The notes under the pieces: model-generated | What the model was told of the DNA's origin: nothing | Databases searched by the model: none | Seen by the model: the letters and a program-made list of their open reading frames with translations, nothing else | Position numbers and translations under genes: made by a program | NCBI RefSeq assembly: GCF_009914755.1 | Contig: NC_060938.1 | Strand: one strand, 5' to 3' | From: the human T2T-CHM13v2.0 reference genome, Homo sapiens | DNA: 64,000 bases | Part shown: piece by piece, positions 1 through 13,010 of the stretch | How the letters are laid out: every line of letters starts with the position of its first letter | Numbering within the stretch: position 1 is the stretch's first letter

Positions 1-65
1 TTTATGTCTTCCTCTATCTGCCCTAAATACCTTATTCATTACCTCATTTTATATAGAAAAAATGT

Positions 66-295
66 GCTGCAGTGATGGAAAGCAAAGGCTTTAGAGACCC
101 AAACACAGGTTCATAGTCTGGCTCTACCACTTGTTAAATCATGTGATCTTGGGCAAATTAATTAATCTGTCTGAACCCCACTTTCCTTGACTATAAAATG
201 AGAATAACAGCTTCATTATAGGGAGGTTGTGAGGACTGCATGTGATTTAGAAAAGCATGAAGTTCATAGACAGCAACAAATGTAAATGACTATTA
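66..295 (+). mobile_element. MIR SINE
   Basis: MIR core 'tgtgatcttgggcaaatta...ctataaaatgagaataa...ggttgtgagga'; boundaries approximate. Confidence 0.75.
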
Positions 296-1280
296 TACAA
301 ATTTTTAAATAAATTTTATTGTATATATTTAAAGTATACAAATGTTGTTATAGGATGCATATAGATAGCAAAAGGGTTACCATAGTGCAATAAATGGACA
401 TATCTATCATCTCACATAGTTACCCTTTTTTTTGTTTTTGTAGCAAGAGCAGCTAAAATTAACTCAGCATGAATTCTATATACAGTACAATTGTATTACC
501 TCTAGTCCTCATAGGGTACATTAGATCTCTAGACTTGTTCATCCTACACATCTGATGCTTTGTATCCTCTTGAACTATGTCTTCCCGTTTTCTCTCCCCA
601 GTGCCCCATCCCTGACAACCACTGTTTTGTTCTTTCTGTATAGTTGAAATTTTTTATGTTCCACATATTAATGAGATAATACAATATTTTTCTTTATGTG
701 TCTGGCTTATTTCATTTAGCATAATGTCCTCTAGGCTCACCCATGCTGTGGCATATGGCAAGATCTCATTCTTTTTTAGGGATGAATAATATTCAATGTT
801 ATTGTATCTACCACAATTTCTTTGTCCTTTCATCTGTCAACAGACACTTAGGTTGTTCCATATCTTGGCTATTGTGAATAATGCTGCAATAAACATGAGA
901 GTGCAGATATCTTTGTGAGGTGGTAATTTTATTTCCTTTTAGTATATGCCCAGAAGAGGGATTGCTAGGTCACATGGTACTTCTAATTTTGATTTCTTTA
1001 GAAGTCTCCATACTATTCTTTATAATGGCTCTACCAATCGACATTTCCACCAGCAATGTACAAGAGTTCCCTTTTCTCCACGTCCTTGCCAACACTTGTT
1101 ATCTTTTGCCTTTTTATTAATAACCATCCTAACAGGGTTAGGTGGTATCTTATAGTAGTTTTGATTTGCATTTCCCTGATGATTAATGATGAGGAACACC
1201 TGTTCCTATACCTGTTGGCCATTTTTATGTCTTTGGAGAAATGTCTGTTCAAGTCTTTTGCGTATTTTTTAATCGGATTA

Positions 1281-1473
1281 CAGATGCTCCTTGACTTAGG
1301 TTGTGTTTGAATAAGCCCATTGTAAATTGAAAATACCCTAAATCAAAAGTGCATTTTCCACTTACAATACTGGAACATGATCATAAGTGGAGAAGCTTAC
1401 TGAATGTGTATTATATTCCTACCAACCTAAAGTTGAAAAATTATAAGTTAAATCGTTGTTAAGTCAAGAACTG
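1281..1473. mobile_element. Tigger4a/MER46-type MITE (TcMar-Tigger)
   Basis: TIRs 'cagatgctccttgactta' / 'taagtcaagaactg'; TA at 1279-1280 and 1474-1475; L1 sequence resumes on both sides. Confidence 0.8.
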
Positions 1474-1635
1474 TATCTGTTTTTCTACTACTGAGTTGTA
1501 TGAGCTTTTTATAAAATTTGGATATTATCACCTTATTAGATATATGGTTTGCAAATTTTTTTTCTAAATTCTTAGGATACCATTTTATTTTGTTCATTGC
1601 TTCCTTTGCTCTGCAGAAGCTTTTAAGTTGATGTA

Positions 1636-2056
1636 CAGCTGACCCTTGAACAACACAGGTTTGAATTTCATGGGTGCATGAAGATTTTCTTCTCCTTCTG
1701 CCACCCCTGAGACAGTAAGCCCTCCTCTTCTTCCTCCTCCTCAGCCTACTCAATGTGAAGACAATGAGAATGAAGACCTTCATGATGGATCCACTCTCAA
1801 TTAATATTAAATATATTTTCTCTTCCTTATGATTTTCTTAATAATATTTTCTTTCCTCTAGCTTACTTTGTTGTAAGAATACAGTATATAATACATATAA
1901 CATACAAAATATGTGTTAGTCAACTGTTTATGTCATCAGTAAGGCTTCTGGTCAACAGTAGACTATTAATTTTTTTGAAAGTCAGAAGTTACCTGTGGAT
2001 TTTTGACTGTGCAGGGGTTAGCATTTCTAACATCCATGTTGTTCAAGGGTCAACTG
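1636..2056 (+). mobile_element. Tigger2a (MER28) non-autonomous DNA transposon
   Basis: TIRs 'cagctgacccttgaacaac' / 'gttgttcaagggtcaactg'; TA duplications at 1634-1635 and 2057-2058. Confidence 0.88.
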
Positions 2057-2099
2057 TAGTTCCATTTATATATTTTTGCTTTTGTGGCCTGAGCTTTTT

Positions 2100-4261
2100 A
2101 GAAAAATATATACATTTTATTTTAGATTCAGGGAGTGTATGTGCAGGTTTGTTGCATGGGTATATTGCATGATGCTGAGGTTTGGGGTATGATTGATCCT
2201 GTCACCCAGATAGTGAGCATAGTGCCCAATAGGCAGTTTTTTAGCCTGTGCCTCGTTCCCTCCTCTCGTAGTCCTCAGTGTCTGTAGTTCCCATCTTTAT
2301 GTCCATGTGTACTCAGTGTTTAGCTCTCACTTGTAAGAACTTGTGGTATTTGGTTTTCAGTTTCTGTGTTAATTTGCTTAGGATAATGGCCTGCAGCTGC
2401 ATCCACGTTGCTGCAAAGGACATGATTTCATTCTTTTCATGATTTTCATTCTTTTTATGGCTGCATAGTATTCCGTGGTATATATGTACTACATTTTCTT
2501 TATCCAGTCCACAGTTGATGGGCACCTAGGTTGAATCCATGCCCTTGCTGTTGTGAATAGCACTGCAATGAACATACAAACATATCTACCAAAAAGAATG
2601 ATTTGTTTTCCTTTGGGTATGTAACAGTAATGAGATCACTGGGTCAAATGGTAGTTCTATTTTTAGTTCTTTGAGAAATCTCCAAACTGCTTTACAGTGG
2701 CTGAACAAATAATTTACCTTCCCACCAAAGTGTATAAGCATTCCCTTTTCTCTGCAGCCTCGCCAATGTCTGTTATTTTTGATTTTTTGATAATAGCTAT
2801 TCTGACTGGTGTGAGATGTTATCTCATTGTGCTTTTGATTTGCATTTCTCTTATAAAGAGTGAAGTTGAACATTTTTTCATATGTTTGTTGGCTGCTTGT
2901 ATGTCTTTTGTGAAGTGTCTGTTAATATTCTTTGCCCACTTTTTAACAGGATTATTATTTTTTTGCTTGTTGAATTATTTAAGTTCTCTATAGATTCTGG
3001 GTATTAGATCTTTGTTGGATGCATAGTTTTGTGAATATCTTCTCCCATTGTGAACGTTGTCTGTTTACTCTGTTGATAGTTTACTCTGTTGATAGTTTAT
3101 TTTGATGTGCAGAAGCTCTTTAGTTTAATTAAGTCCTACTGTCAATTTTGTTGTTACAATTGTTTTTGAGGACTTAGTCATAAATTCTTTGCCAAGGTCA
3201 GTGTTCAGAAGGATATTTCCTAGATTTTCTTCTAGGTTTTTTTTTTTGTTTGTTTGTTTGTTTGTTTTTTTGAGATGGAGTCTCACTCTGTCACCCAAGC
3301 TGGAGTGCAATGGCATGGTCTCGGCTCACTGCAACCTCTGCCTCTTGGGCTCAAGTGATTCTCCTGCCTCACTTGAGAACATGGGGCAAATCTCCTGGAC
3401 ACTGGCCTTGGCAATGGCTTTTTTGGTATTACACAAAAAGCTTAGGCCACAATACCATTCTGCCCAAAGCAATCTACAGATTTAATGCTATTCCTATCAA
3501 AACACCAATGTCATTTTTCACAGAATTAAAAAAAAAGATTACAAAATTCATACAGAACCAAAAAAGAGCCCCAACAGCCAAAACAATCTCTCCCGAGTAG
3601 CTGAGATTACAGGCTCCCGCCACCACACCCGGCTAATTTTCGTATTTTTAGTAGAAATGGAGTTTCACCATGTTGACCAGGCTGGTCTCGAACTCCTGAC
3701 CTCAGGTGATCCGCCTGCCTTGGCCTCCCAAAGTGCTGGGATTACAGGTGTGAGCCACTGCACCTGGCCCTAGGTTTTTTATAGTTTGAAGTCTTTAAGT
3801 CTTTAATGTATCTTGAGTTAATTTTTGTATATGGTGAAAGGTAGGGATCCAATTTCATTCCTCTGTATATGGATAGCCAGTTATCCTAGCACCATTTATT
3901 GAATAGGGAGTCCTTTCCCCATTGCATATTTTCATTGACTTTGTCAAAGATCAGTTGGTTGTAGGTGTGTAGCTTCATTGCTGGATTCTCTATATTTTGT
4001 TCCATTGGTCTATGTGTCTGTTTTTGTGCCAATACCATGATGTGGCCGTTTTGGTTACTGTAACCTTATAGTATAGCTTGAAGTCAGGTAATGTGAGGCT
4101 TCCAGCTTTGTTCTTTTTGCTTAGGATTGTTTGGGCTGTTTTTGGCTCTTTTTTGGTTCTGTATGAATTTTAGAATAGTTTTTTTTAATTCTGTGAAAAA
4201 TGACATTGGTGTTTTGATAGGAATAGCATTAAATCTGTAGATTGCTTTGGGCAGAATGGTA
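2100..4261 (-). mobile_element. 5'-truncated L1PA (older L1PA13-16 type) nested in the L1M
   Basis: TSD ttgtggcct(g/a)agcttttt at 2082-2099 and 4262-4279; ORF2 C-terminal remnant (EIMSFAATWMQLQAIILSKLTQ, 2313..2525). Confidence 0.85.
3241..3769 (-). mobile_element. AluS, interrupted by a 3372-3589 insertion
   Basis: Alu sequence breaks at 'ctcctgcctca' (3371) and resumes 'ctcccgagtagctg' (~3590); TSD ctaggtttttt at 3232 and 3770. Confidence 0.92.
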
Positions 4262-5500
4262 TTGTGGCCTAAGCTTTTTGTGTAATACCCAAAAAGCCAT
4301 TGCCCCATTTTGTCCTTTGGCACCATTAGTTGACCATATATGTTTTGATTTATTTCTGGGTTCTCCATTCTGTTCCACTGGTTTGTGTGTCTGTTTTTAT
4401 GCCAGAGCCACACTGTTTCAGCTTTGTAGTATAATTTTAAATCAGGAAGTGTAATGTCTTTAACTTTGTTTTCCTTTCTCAGAATTGTTTTGGCTATTTA
4501 GTCTTTTATGTTTTCATGCAAATTTTAGGACTTTTTTCTATTTCTGTGAAGAATGTCACTGGGATTTTGATAGGGATTGTATTGAATCTGTATATTGCCT
4601 GGGTAGTATGGACATTTTAACAATATTAATTATTTTAATCCATAAGCACAGGATATCTTCCCATTTATTTATTTGTCTTCTTCAACAATTTCCTTCATCC
4701 ATGTTTTATAATTTCCAGTGTACATATCTTTCACTTCCTTGGTTAAATTTGCCCTAGGTATTTTATTTTGTTTGTTGCTTTGGTAAATGGAATTTCTTTA
4801 TTTATTTTTCAGTTAAGAATTAAAAAATTCTTATATATGTTATTCATGTATAAAAATGCTACTGATTTTTGTATGTTGATTTTGTGTCCTGTAAGTTTAC
4901 TGAATTCGTAGTCATTTTTACTTTTTCCTTTCTGATTTGGATGCCCAGTCTTTTTTCTTTCTTTTCTTGGTCTGATATGCTTTATCAGATATAAAAATAA
5001 TTATCCCTGCTCTCTTTTGGTTACCATTTGCATAGAATATCTTCTTGTATCCCTTCTCTTTCAGCCTGTGTGTGTCATTAAAGCTTAAGTGAGTCTCTTA
5101 TTTTTTAGGCAGTATATAGTTGGATCTTATTTTTTTAATCCATTCAGACACTCATGTATTTTGATTGGATAATTTAATCAATTTACCTTCAAGGTTATTA
5201 TTGATGGGTAAGAACTTACTACTGACATTTTCTTATTTGTTTTCTGGTTGTTTTATAGCTGCTCAGTTCCTTTCTTCCTCTCTTGTTGTCTACCTTTGTG
5301 AATTGATAATTTTCTGTAGTACTAAGCTTTGATATCTTTCTTTTTATTGTTTATCTCCTGTAGTTTTTTTGTTGTTTGTTTTTTGGTTACTATGAGGCTT
5401 ACAGAAAACATCTTATAATCTACCACTTTAAACTGATAATTTCTGTCACATACGAAAAACTCTAAACTTTTAGTCTCCATCATCATTTATGTTTTTGATG

Positions 5501-6365
5501 TGTCAACAAAAAGAATCAGACTCTGTAAAGTATTTGAAGAGATTTATTCTAAGCCGAATATGCGTGACCAGTGGCTCATGACACAGCCCTCAGGAGATCC
5601 TGAAAACATGTGCCCAAGGTGGCTGGGCTCCACCTTGGTTTATGCATTTTAGGGAGACATAAGACATCAATCAATATGTATAAGATGTACATTGGTTTGA
5701 TCTGGAAAGGCAGGACAACTCTAAGCAGGGGGCTTCCAGGTCATAGGTGGATTCAAAGATTTTCTGATTGGCAATTGGTTGAAAAAGTTATTATCTAAAG
5801 ACCTGGAATCAATAGAAAGGAATGTCTAGATTAAGAGAAGGGGTTGTGGAGACCAAGGTTTTATCATGCAAGTGAAACCTCCTGGTAGCAGGCTTCAGAG
5901 CTCTTATCAGACCTAAAAAAGGTGCCAGACTCAGTTAATTCTCTCCTGGATCAGGGAAAAGACATGGAAAGAAATGAGGATTGTCTACATAAAGTATATT
6001 TTCCTCACAAGAGACAGGCTTGCAAGACCATTTCAAAATATATCAAAGAAATATAATTTGGGGCAAAATACTTTGATTTCTTTTAGGGTCTGCTATCTGT
6101 CATGTGATGCTATACTAGAGTCAGGCTGGAATTTGATGTCTTATTGCTATGAATAGTCTGCTTTGTCAGTCTTAACATCTGTTTTAATGTTAATGCTAGT
6201 CAGCTGTGCCTGAATTCCAAAAGGGAGAAGGGAATAATAAGGCATGGCCCACTCTGCTTCCTATCATGGCCTGAACTAGTTTTTCAGGTTAACTTTGGAA
6301 TGCCTTTGGCCAAGAGGAGGGTCCATCAGTTGGTTGGGGGCTTTCAATTTTATTTTTAGTTTACA
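5501..6365 (-). mobile_element. ERV1 solo LTR, MER4 group (MER4D/E-like)
   Basis: TG...CA termini (tgtcaac / agtttaca); rc start 'tgtaaactaaaaataaaat'; 4-bp TSD gatg/aatg; L1 resumes afterwards. Confidence 0.8.
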
Positions 6366-7310
6366 AATGTCACAACTTACATCTTTTATATTGTGTATCC
6401 CTTAATGACTATCCTGGTCATTTTTTATGTTTCAACTTTTAACCTCCATACTAGAGGTATGTATGATTTAAACACTACCATTACAGCATTTGAGTATTCT
6501 GAATATGACTATGTGTTTACCTCTACTAGTGAGTTATATACTTTCATGTGTATTCATGATAGTAATTATCATCCTTTTAGTTCTGCTTAAAGAACTCTCT
6601 CGAGCATTTCTTGTAAGGCAGGTATAATGGCAGTTAATTTCCCCAGCTTTTTCTTGTCAGTGAAAGTCTTTATTTCTCCCTCATTTCTGAAGTACAGCTT
6701 TGCTGGGTATAGTATTCTTGGCTAGCAAGTTTTTTTTTCTTTTTTCTTTGATTTTTCTCTCAGATTTTTGAATATATCATCCATTCTCTACTGGATTGTA
6801 AACTTACCACTGTGAAATCCACTGATAGTCTGATGGGGATACACTTATATGTGACCTGACACTTTTTTCTTGCTGCTTTAAAAATTATCTCTTTGTTTTG
6901 ACTTTTGATAGTTTGATTATAATGTACCTCAGAAAGGACTTCTTTGAGTTGAATCTACTCGGGAACATTTGAGCTTCATGAATCTGGATGTTCATATCTC
7001 TCCCAAGACTTGAGATGTTTTCAGCAATTATTTCATTAAATAACCTGTCTGTCCCTTTCTCTGTCTCTTTTCCTTCTGAAACTCCCATAATGCAAAATTT
7101 ATTTAATGGTGTCCCATAAGTTCCATAGGCCATCTTCACTCTTTTTCATTCTGTTTTCTCCTGAGTCATTTCAAAAAAATCTATCTTTAAGTTTACAGAT
7201 TCTTTCTCCTCTGCTTGATCTAGTTTGCTGCTGAAGCTCTCTATTATTTTTTATCTCACTGATTAAATTCTTCAGCTCTAAGATTTCTGTTTGGTTCTTT
7301 TGTATGATAT

Positions 7311-7713
7311 TGGTATTGTTTGGATGTGTATCCTTGCCCAAATCTCTTAATACCCAATATTGGAAGTAGTTCCTGGTTGGAGGTGTTTGGATCATGAAGA
7401 CAGATTTCTCATAAATGGTTTAGCACCATCCCCCTTGGTACTGTCTTCATGATAGTGAGTGAGTTCTCCTGAGATTTGGTCATTTAACAGTGTGTAGCAC
7501 CTCTGCCCTCATTCCCTTGCCTCTGCTTTCACCATATGATGTGTCTGTTCCCCCTTCTGCAATGATTGTAAGCTTCCTGAGGTCTCCCCAGAAGCAGATG
7601 CTGCTGTGTTTCCTGTACAGCCTGCAGAACCATGAACCAGTTAAGCCTCTTTTATTTATAAGTTACCCAGTCTTGGATATTTCTTTATAGTAATGCAAGA
7701 ACAGATGAATACA
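7311..7713 (+). mobile_element. MaLR solo LTR (MSTA/B-type)
   Basis: 'tggtattgtttggatgtgt...gattgtaagcttcctgagg...gaataca'; 5-bp TSD gatat at 7306-7310 and 7714-7718. Confidence 0.88.
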
Positions 7714-9929
7714 GATATCTATCTCTTAGTTGAGTTTTTCATTCAGATCATGTGTTGTTTTCCTGATTTAATTGAATTGTCTGTGTTCTCTTGTATCTCA
7801 TTGAGTTTCTTTAAGATTATTATTTTGAATTCCTTTTCAGGCATTGTGTAAATTTCCTGGGGTCAGTTACTGGAGAATTATTGTGTTCTTTTGGTGGTGT
7901 CATGTTTCCTTGTTTCTTGTGTCCCTGCATTGATGTCTGCTCATCTAGTGGTGCAGTTACCTATTCCAAACTTAACAGAGTGGCTTTTGTAAGGAAAGAC
8001 TTTTACCTCCAGAGGGCCTAAGGGTGTCACTTGGGCAGAGTGTGGTGGTTCTGGCTTTGTGTAGGTTAGTGGTGTAGTTTCTTTGTAGCTTCTTCAGTTG
8101 TTATTTATGTTAACAATGACTGTGAGTGCCTCAGATGGCCTAGGCTGCAAGAGTTTGTGGCAGTGATCATGGCTGAGTAGGTTATTAGGGAAAGTGCTTC
8201 AGGGATCCTTTTGTCTAGTCTTCCTCACAGTAGGAAATCTTAGCTGAGGGGATCTCTTCATATTGGGTCTGGAAGACTCACAGGCAGCCACAGCAGCACT
8301 GCAATCCAGGGTTAGGTGCTCCGAGTGACTGTGGAGCTGGGTTCTTGGTCTCAAGGTCTTGTGAAACCACTGTATCACCTGGGACTTGCCATGAAGGTTC
8401 ACTCTCCAAGGCACGAGCCGATGCATTTCTTTCACTAAGCCAAGGTCTGTTGCTCTGAGCCACATTCCAGCAGCTTGGGCCCAGAAGCCTGAGATGTAGC
8501 TGTAGTTCTGACATGGGGAGCCAGGGCATAGCACTGACACAGCTCTGGGGAAGAAGGGGTATACTCTGGAGGCTTGGGCCCTGAAGAGCAGGGAACAGTT
8601 TCAATTTGGAACCTGGAACCAACAAGGCACAGGGGCAACTCGGGATCTGAGAAATGAGGTACTATGTAGTGGTGATTCTGGGCCCTGGGATGGTGGGACA
8701 TAGCAGTAGCCCAGGCTCTGTGAGACCAGGTACAGCAGCAGCAGGGACCCAGGAATTGCAAGATGTTGCTGTATCTTGGGCCCCAGAGGGAGGGGAGCAC
8801 TACAGCAATGACCACTCCCTGGAGAGGTGGGATACCTCATTCGCTGGGACTGTGGTGGGGCTAATCTAGTTCCATATAGGTGGGGTACTTTGGCTGCAGC
8901 CTGGAGAGCAGGGTGGTATAGCCCAGCCAAGTCTCTGATTTCCTGAGATGTGAAACACTGCGTCTTCTCAGTCCCAGAAAGCACAGCTACGTGGCTCAGC
9001 AGTACCTCCTTTTGTGCTGGGAAGTACAACTATTCCACTATGCAGGATGCCCGAAGTCCCTGAGGGTGGGGCACTGCTTCAGCTGTAGCACCAGGTCAGA
9101 GGTGTGGCTGCTCCAGTAGTTCAATGTTCCAGGTCCCCAGGGATGGGGCAAAACTGCCGCTTGGCTGTAAGGGGAGGATGTACCAATGACTGGGTTGGGT
9201 GGAATGGAGCAGGTCTATAGTAGCTTGGCCCTAGCGGGTAGGAGATTGCAGCAGCTCAGCTTTGGGATGGTGAGCTATTGGTCGGGCATGGTTCGGTGGT
9301 AGTCGAGCCTCAGGGATGGAGGGGTGTAATGGCTGCTTGCCTCCAGAGCAGGACACACCATAGCAGTGGCTCTGGTTCCAAGATGGCACAGAGCAGTGGC
9401 AGCATGGGCCACAGAGGGGCAGGACACAGTGTTGGCTCTTTCTCTGGGGGTAGCTAAGTGTGTGGACTCCAGGGAGTCCCCACAGCTGGACTCTGATCCT
9501 GTGAGGACTACTGGAGTCTCCAGAAGTGAAGACTGCAGGTGTTCACGGTGGTGATGGGGGCTGCTGGGGTCCTCTTGCCTAACCTCTTACCTGCAAGGAG
9601 TCCTTCCAACTTCTGAGCCGATTCCACCCGGGGAGATGGGGTGGCAGAGGCAAGGTGTGTCCTTCCCTTCTCTATGTGGCCATCCTGGGATTCCGTGCTT
9701 TACATGATTTCTCTGCTTCTTTGCTGTTCTCTGGACTCTCCTTTAGTTATTTTGGTCAAAATGTCGTTTGTTTGTTGTTTTGGAGGGTTTTGTTGAGTAG
9801 GGGAGAGAGCTAAGAGTTTCTAGTTGGCCATCTCACTGACATCCCAATGATAATTTTTAAAGGAGTTAATATTTAGAAATGTTTAGAACAATGCCTGGCA
9901 TATAGTAATTACCATTTAGTGTTTGTTAA

Positions 9930-10567
<638 letters not shown>

Positions 10568-11054
10568 CCTCCAATATGTTAATTTTCTTAACTTTCCCTC
10601 ACTTTGAAAAACTCCCAGTTTCTGTCACCCCAAAAGTTCTGTTCAGTAAAATCACCCGTCAGGCAGAGTGAGGGCAGTGAAAACTCATGAGCTCCAGCCT
10701 CAGCTGCGACCCTATACAGATCATCAGTTCTTTAATTGTCTCTCAGTAATGCCTGCTGTTGTCCTGTGCCCAGCAGTTATCTCAGCCCTTCACTGCTCAT
10801 GTCAAGGGCTTTACTTTACCATGTCCTGTCTCACTGAGTAGATGTTCTTACCTCTTACTGGACAGAAAAAAAGGAGGTCTAGTGTATACAACATCTACTT
10901 TTAGACCCCTGCAGCTACAACTTTTATCATTTGTATTCATTCTCACTATTTTCTACCTCCTAAGGACTCTGTCTTATCTAGCCTCCTTGCAAATGCCTTA
11001 CTCTCCAGCATCTTCAACCTTTTCCTCTCCTCCGCTTTTTCTGCTCATCCTGTA

Positions 11055-11330
11055 GGTGTGAGAAGCAGTAAAGCCCAAGGCTGTGCAGGTACCCCTGTAT
11101 CCTGATCTTTTGGGTATGGACCTTGGCATTGCTGCTTCCTAACTCTGTGACCTTGGACAAATTACTTTGTTTAATAACTTCACTGTTGCTCACCTTCCTC
11201 TTCTGTAAAATGGGGAGAACAGTGTACCTATCTCATAGGGTGGCTGGAAGGATTGTATGAATTAATGTAAAACACATGGAACAGTGCCTGGCATGTAGCA
11301 AGTTCTCAATAATTGCACGTTATTGTGAGA
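11055..11330 (+). mobile_element. MIR SINE
   Basis: 'ctgtgaccttggacaaattact...tctgtaaaatgggg...cctatctcataggg...acagtgcctggcatgtag'. Confidence 0.85.
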
Positions 11331-11536
11331 CATTCCAATTAAAAAAAACTTTCATACATGTCTTCTCTTAGCAACTCCCTTACCTCTCTTCCCTTCACAT
11401 TTAAGTTTCTTGAAGAAAATAAGCAGCCTTTGATATTTTTGCCTTGCTCTAGTACTTACTTTTTCCTCTTTGTCAAATGCATTTCTCAACTCTCCCATTA
11501 AGCTACTTTTGCTTATAGCTTATAAAAACCAGTTTC

Positions 11537-11602
11537 TGTGTGTATGTGTGTGTGTGTGTGTGTGCGTGTGTGTGTGTGCACGCACGTGCACGTGTGCATA
11601 TG
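11537..11602. repeat. (TG)n / alternating purine-pyrimidine tract
   Basis: tgtgtg... followed by cacgcacgtgcacgtgtgcatatg. Confidence 0.95.
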
Positions 11603-11790
11603 CTTATATTGACCATTATGGGGCATCTGACATTAAACCACTTCTTCATTCTTCAAGTCTGTCCCGGGGCCTTCCAAGATACCATTTTCTTTTCTCTCTC
11701 TTATCTTTCTGGCCCAATCTTCCCGTCTTTTTCTAGGCTTCTCTGATACGGTTGTTATTCTCAGGGCTGTCATTAGCCCTGCCTTCTTTT

Positions 11791-12008
11791 TATTTTATTT
11801 TTTTATTTGTGTAAATTTATGGGGTACGAGTATAATTTGGTACATGCATAGATTGGTGTAGTGGTAAAGTCAGGGCTTTTAGGGTATCTATCACCCAAAT
11901 AATGTACAGTGTACCCATTAAGAAATCTCTCACCATCCACCTGCCTCCTACTTCCTCACTCTTCTGAGCCTCACTGTCTTATCACTGGACACTCTACATC
12001 CATGTGAA
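11791..12008 (-). mobile_element. Short L1MA 3' end
   Basis: 14-bp TSD ccctgccttctttt at 11777-11790 and 12009-12022; antisense L1MA 3'UTR sequence. Confidence 0.8.
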
Positions 12009-12029
12009 CCCTGCCTTCTTTTCAGGGTA

Positions 12030-13010
12030 CCCATTGTCCTATCATCTTAGCCACATCTTCATTGTCCACTTATATGAGAGGACTATCAAACTGAACTCTG
12101 AATTCCAAACTCATCTATCCCAAGGCCTACTTACAGTTTTACTTAGTTGTGTCCCAGGCTCCTTAAAATTTCTCATATCCAAAGTTAAACTATTCATCTT
12201 CCCCACTGAACATACTCCCCCTTATTTATTCCATATACACATAAATAGCACCACCATGCACCTGTGGCCAAAAGCCAGAAAATGGAGTGCCATCCTCCAC
12301 AACACCTTACTCACACTACCTTGATGCCTAGATGGTCTTAAAGTCTTAAAGATTCTGCTTCCTTATTACTTCTAAAATCTGTTCCCACCACCCTACTTCT
12401 ACTGTCTTTTAGCTAATCTCACAATATTCAATATTTCTTGCCAGGATTATTGCAATTCCCTCCTGTTAAGTCTCCCCACTTAAACTCCAGCTGCACCAAT
12501 CTACACTTTACAATTCTGCAGAGATGTCTTTTTAACATGCAAATATGCTTATATTATTTCTTTGCTTACACATTCCAATAACTCCTCTAAATAAAACTCT
12601 TAAGTTGCTTAGACTGACACAAGGCTCTCATGAATGTGTCCCTGCCTGCCCTTCTGCTTCTACCTTCTAGCATTCCCCTTTGTAAATCCTATGCACTTCT
12701 CTGAGCACATCATTTTCTGTCTTTTCTTTTTTTCTTTTTCTTTGAGATGAAGTCTTTCAACATTGCCCAGGCTGGTCTCAAACTCCTGGGCTCAAGCGAT
12801 CCTCTCGCCTCAACCTCCTGAGTAGCTGGGACTACAGCCACGCACCACCATACCCTGTGATTCTCTCTCTTCTTACCTTCCTGGCTTTGCCTGGAATGTC
12901 TTTTTCTGGTTCTCTGATTGAATTTTACTCACCCCTAAGATTTATTCAGGCATTATCTTCTCCTGGTAGCCTTCCCTGACCACCTCTAGCCTGTGTTAAA
13001 TATCCCTTTG
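12030..13010 (+). mobile_element. L2 LINE fragments
   Basis: 'tctcatatccaaagttaaactattcatcttcccc', 'ggattattgcaattccctcct', 'ccttccctgaccacc' resemble L2 3' region. Confidence 0.65.
12722..12856 (-). mobile_element. Alu monomer (FLAM-like)
   Basis: Single arm 'ttgcccaggctggtctcaaactcctgggctcaagcgatcctc'. Confidence 0.8.

Larger units (their letters stand above)
302..9845 (-). mobile_element. Old L1M (L1MA-type) LINE-1, both ends present, internally deleted, host to nested insertions
   Basis: Antisense L1MA-like 3'UTR from ~302; ORF2 C-terminal remnants (1031..1252, RYHLT...[10 protein letters not shown]); ORF2 N-terminal region ~4975-5240; ORF1 remnant 6885..7139 (IMGVSEG...NEIIAENISSL...IQIHEAQ...IIIKLSKV); GC-rich 5'UTR ~7960-9845 ending in rc 'gggatgtcagtgagatggcc'. 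Could be two co-oriented L1s joined near 4970. Confidence 0.7.

Noticed and set aside
920-7400. Many 60-110 aa ORFs on both strands
   Set aside because: Fragments or antisense read-through of decayed L1 ORF1/ORF2 and LTR sequence; frameshifted, with no intact ORF
8199-9554. Overlapping 110-140 aa ORFs in GC-rich DNA as a possible gene
   Set aside because: They lie in the inferred L1 5'UTR; stop-poor by composition, with no recognisable domain or exon structure
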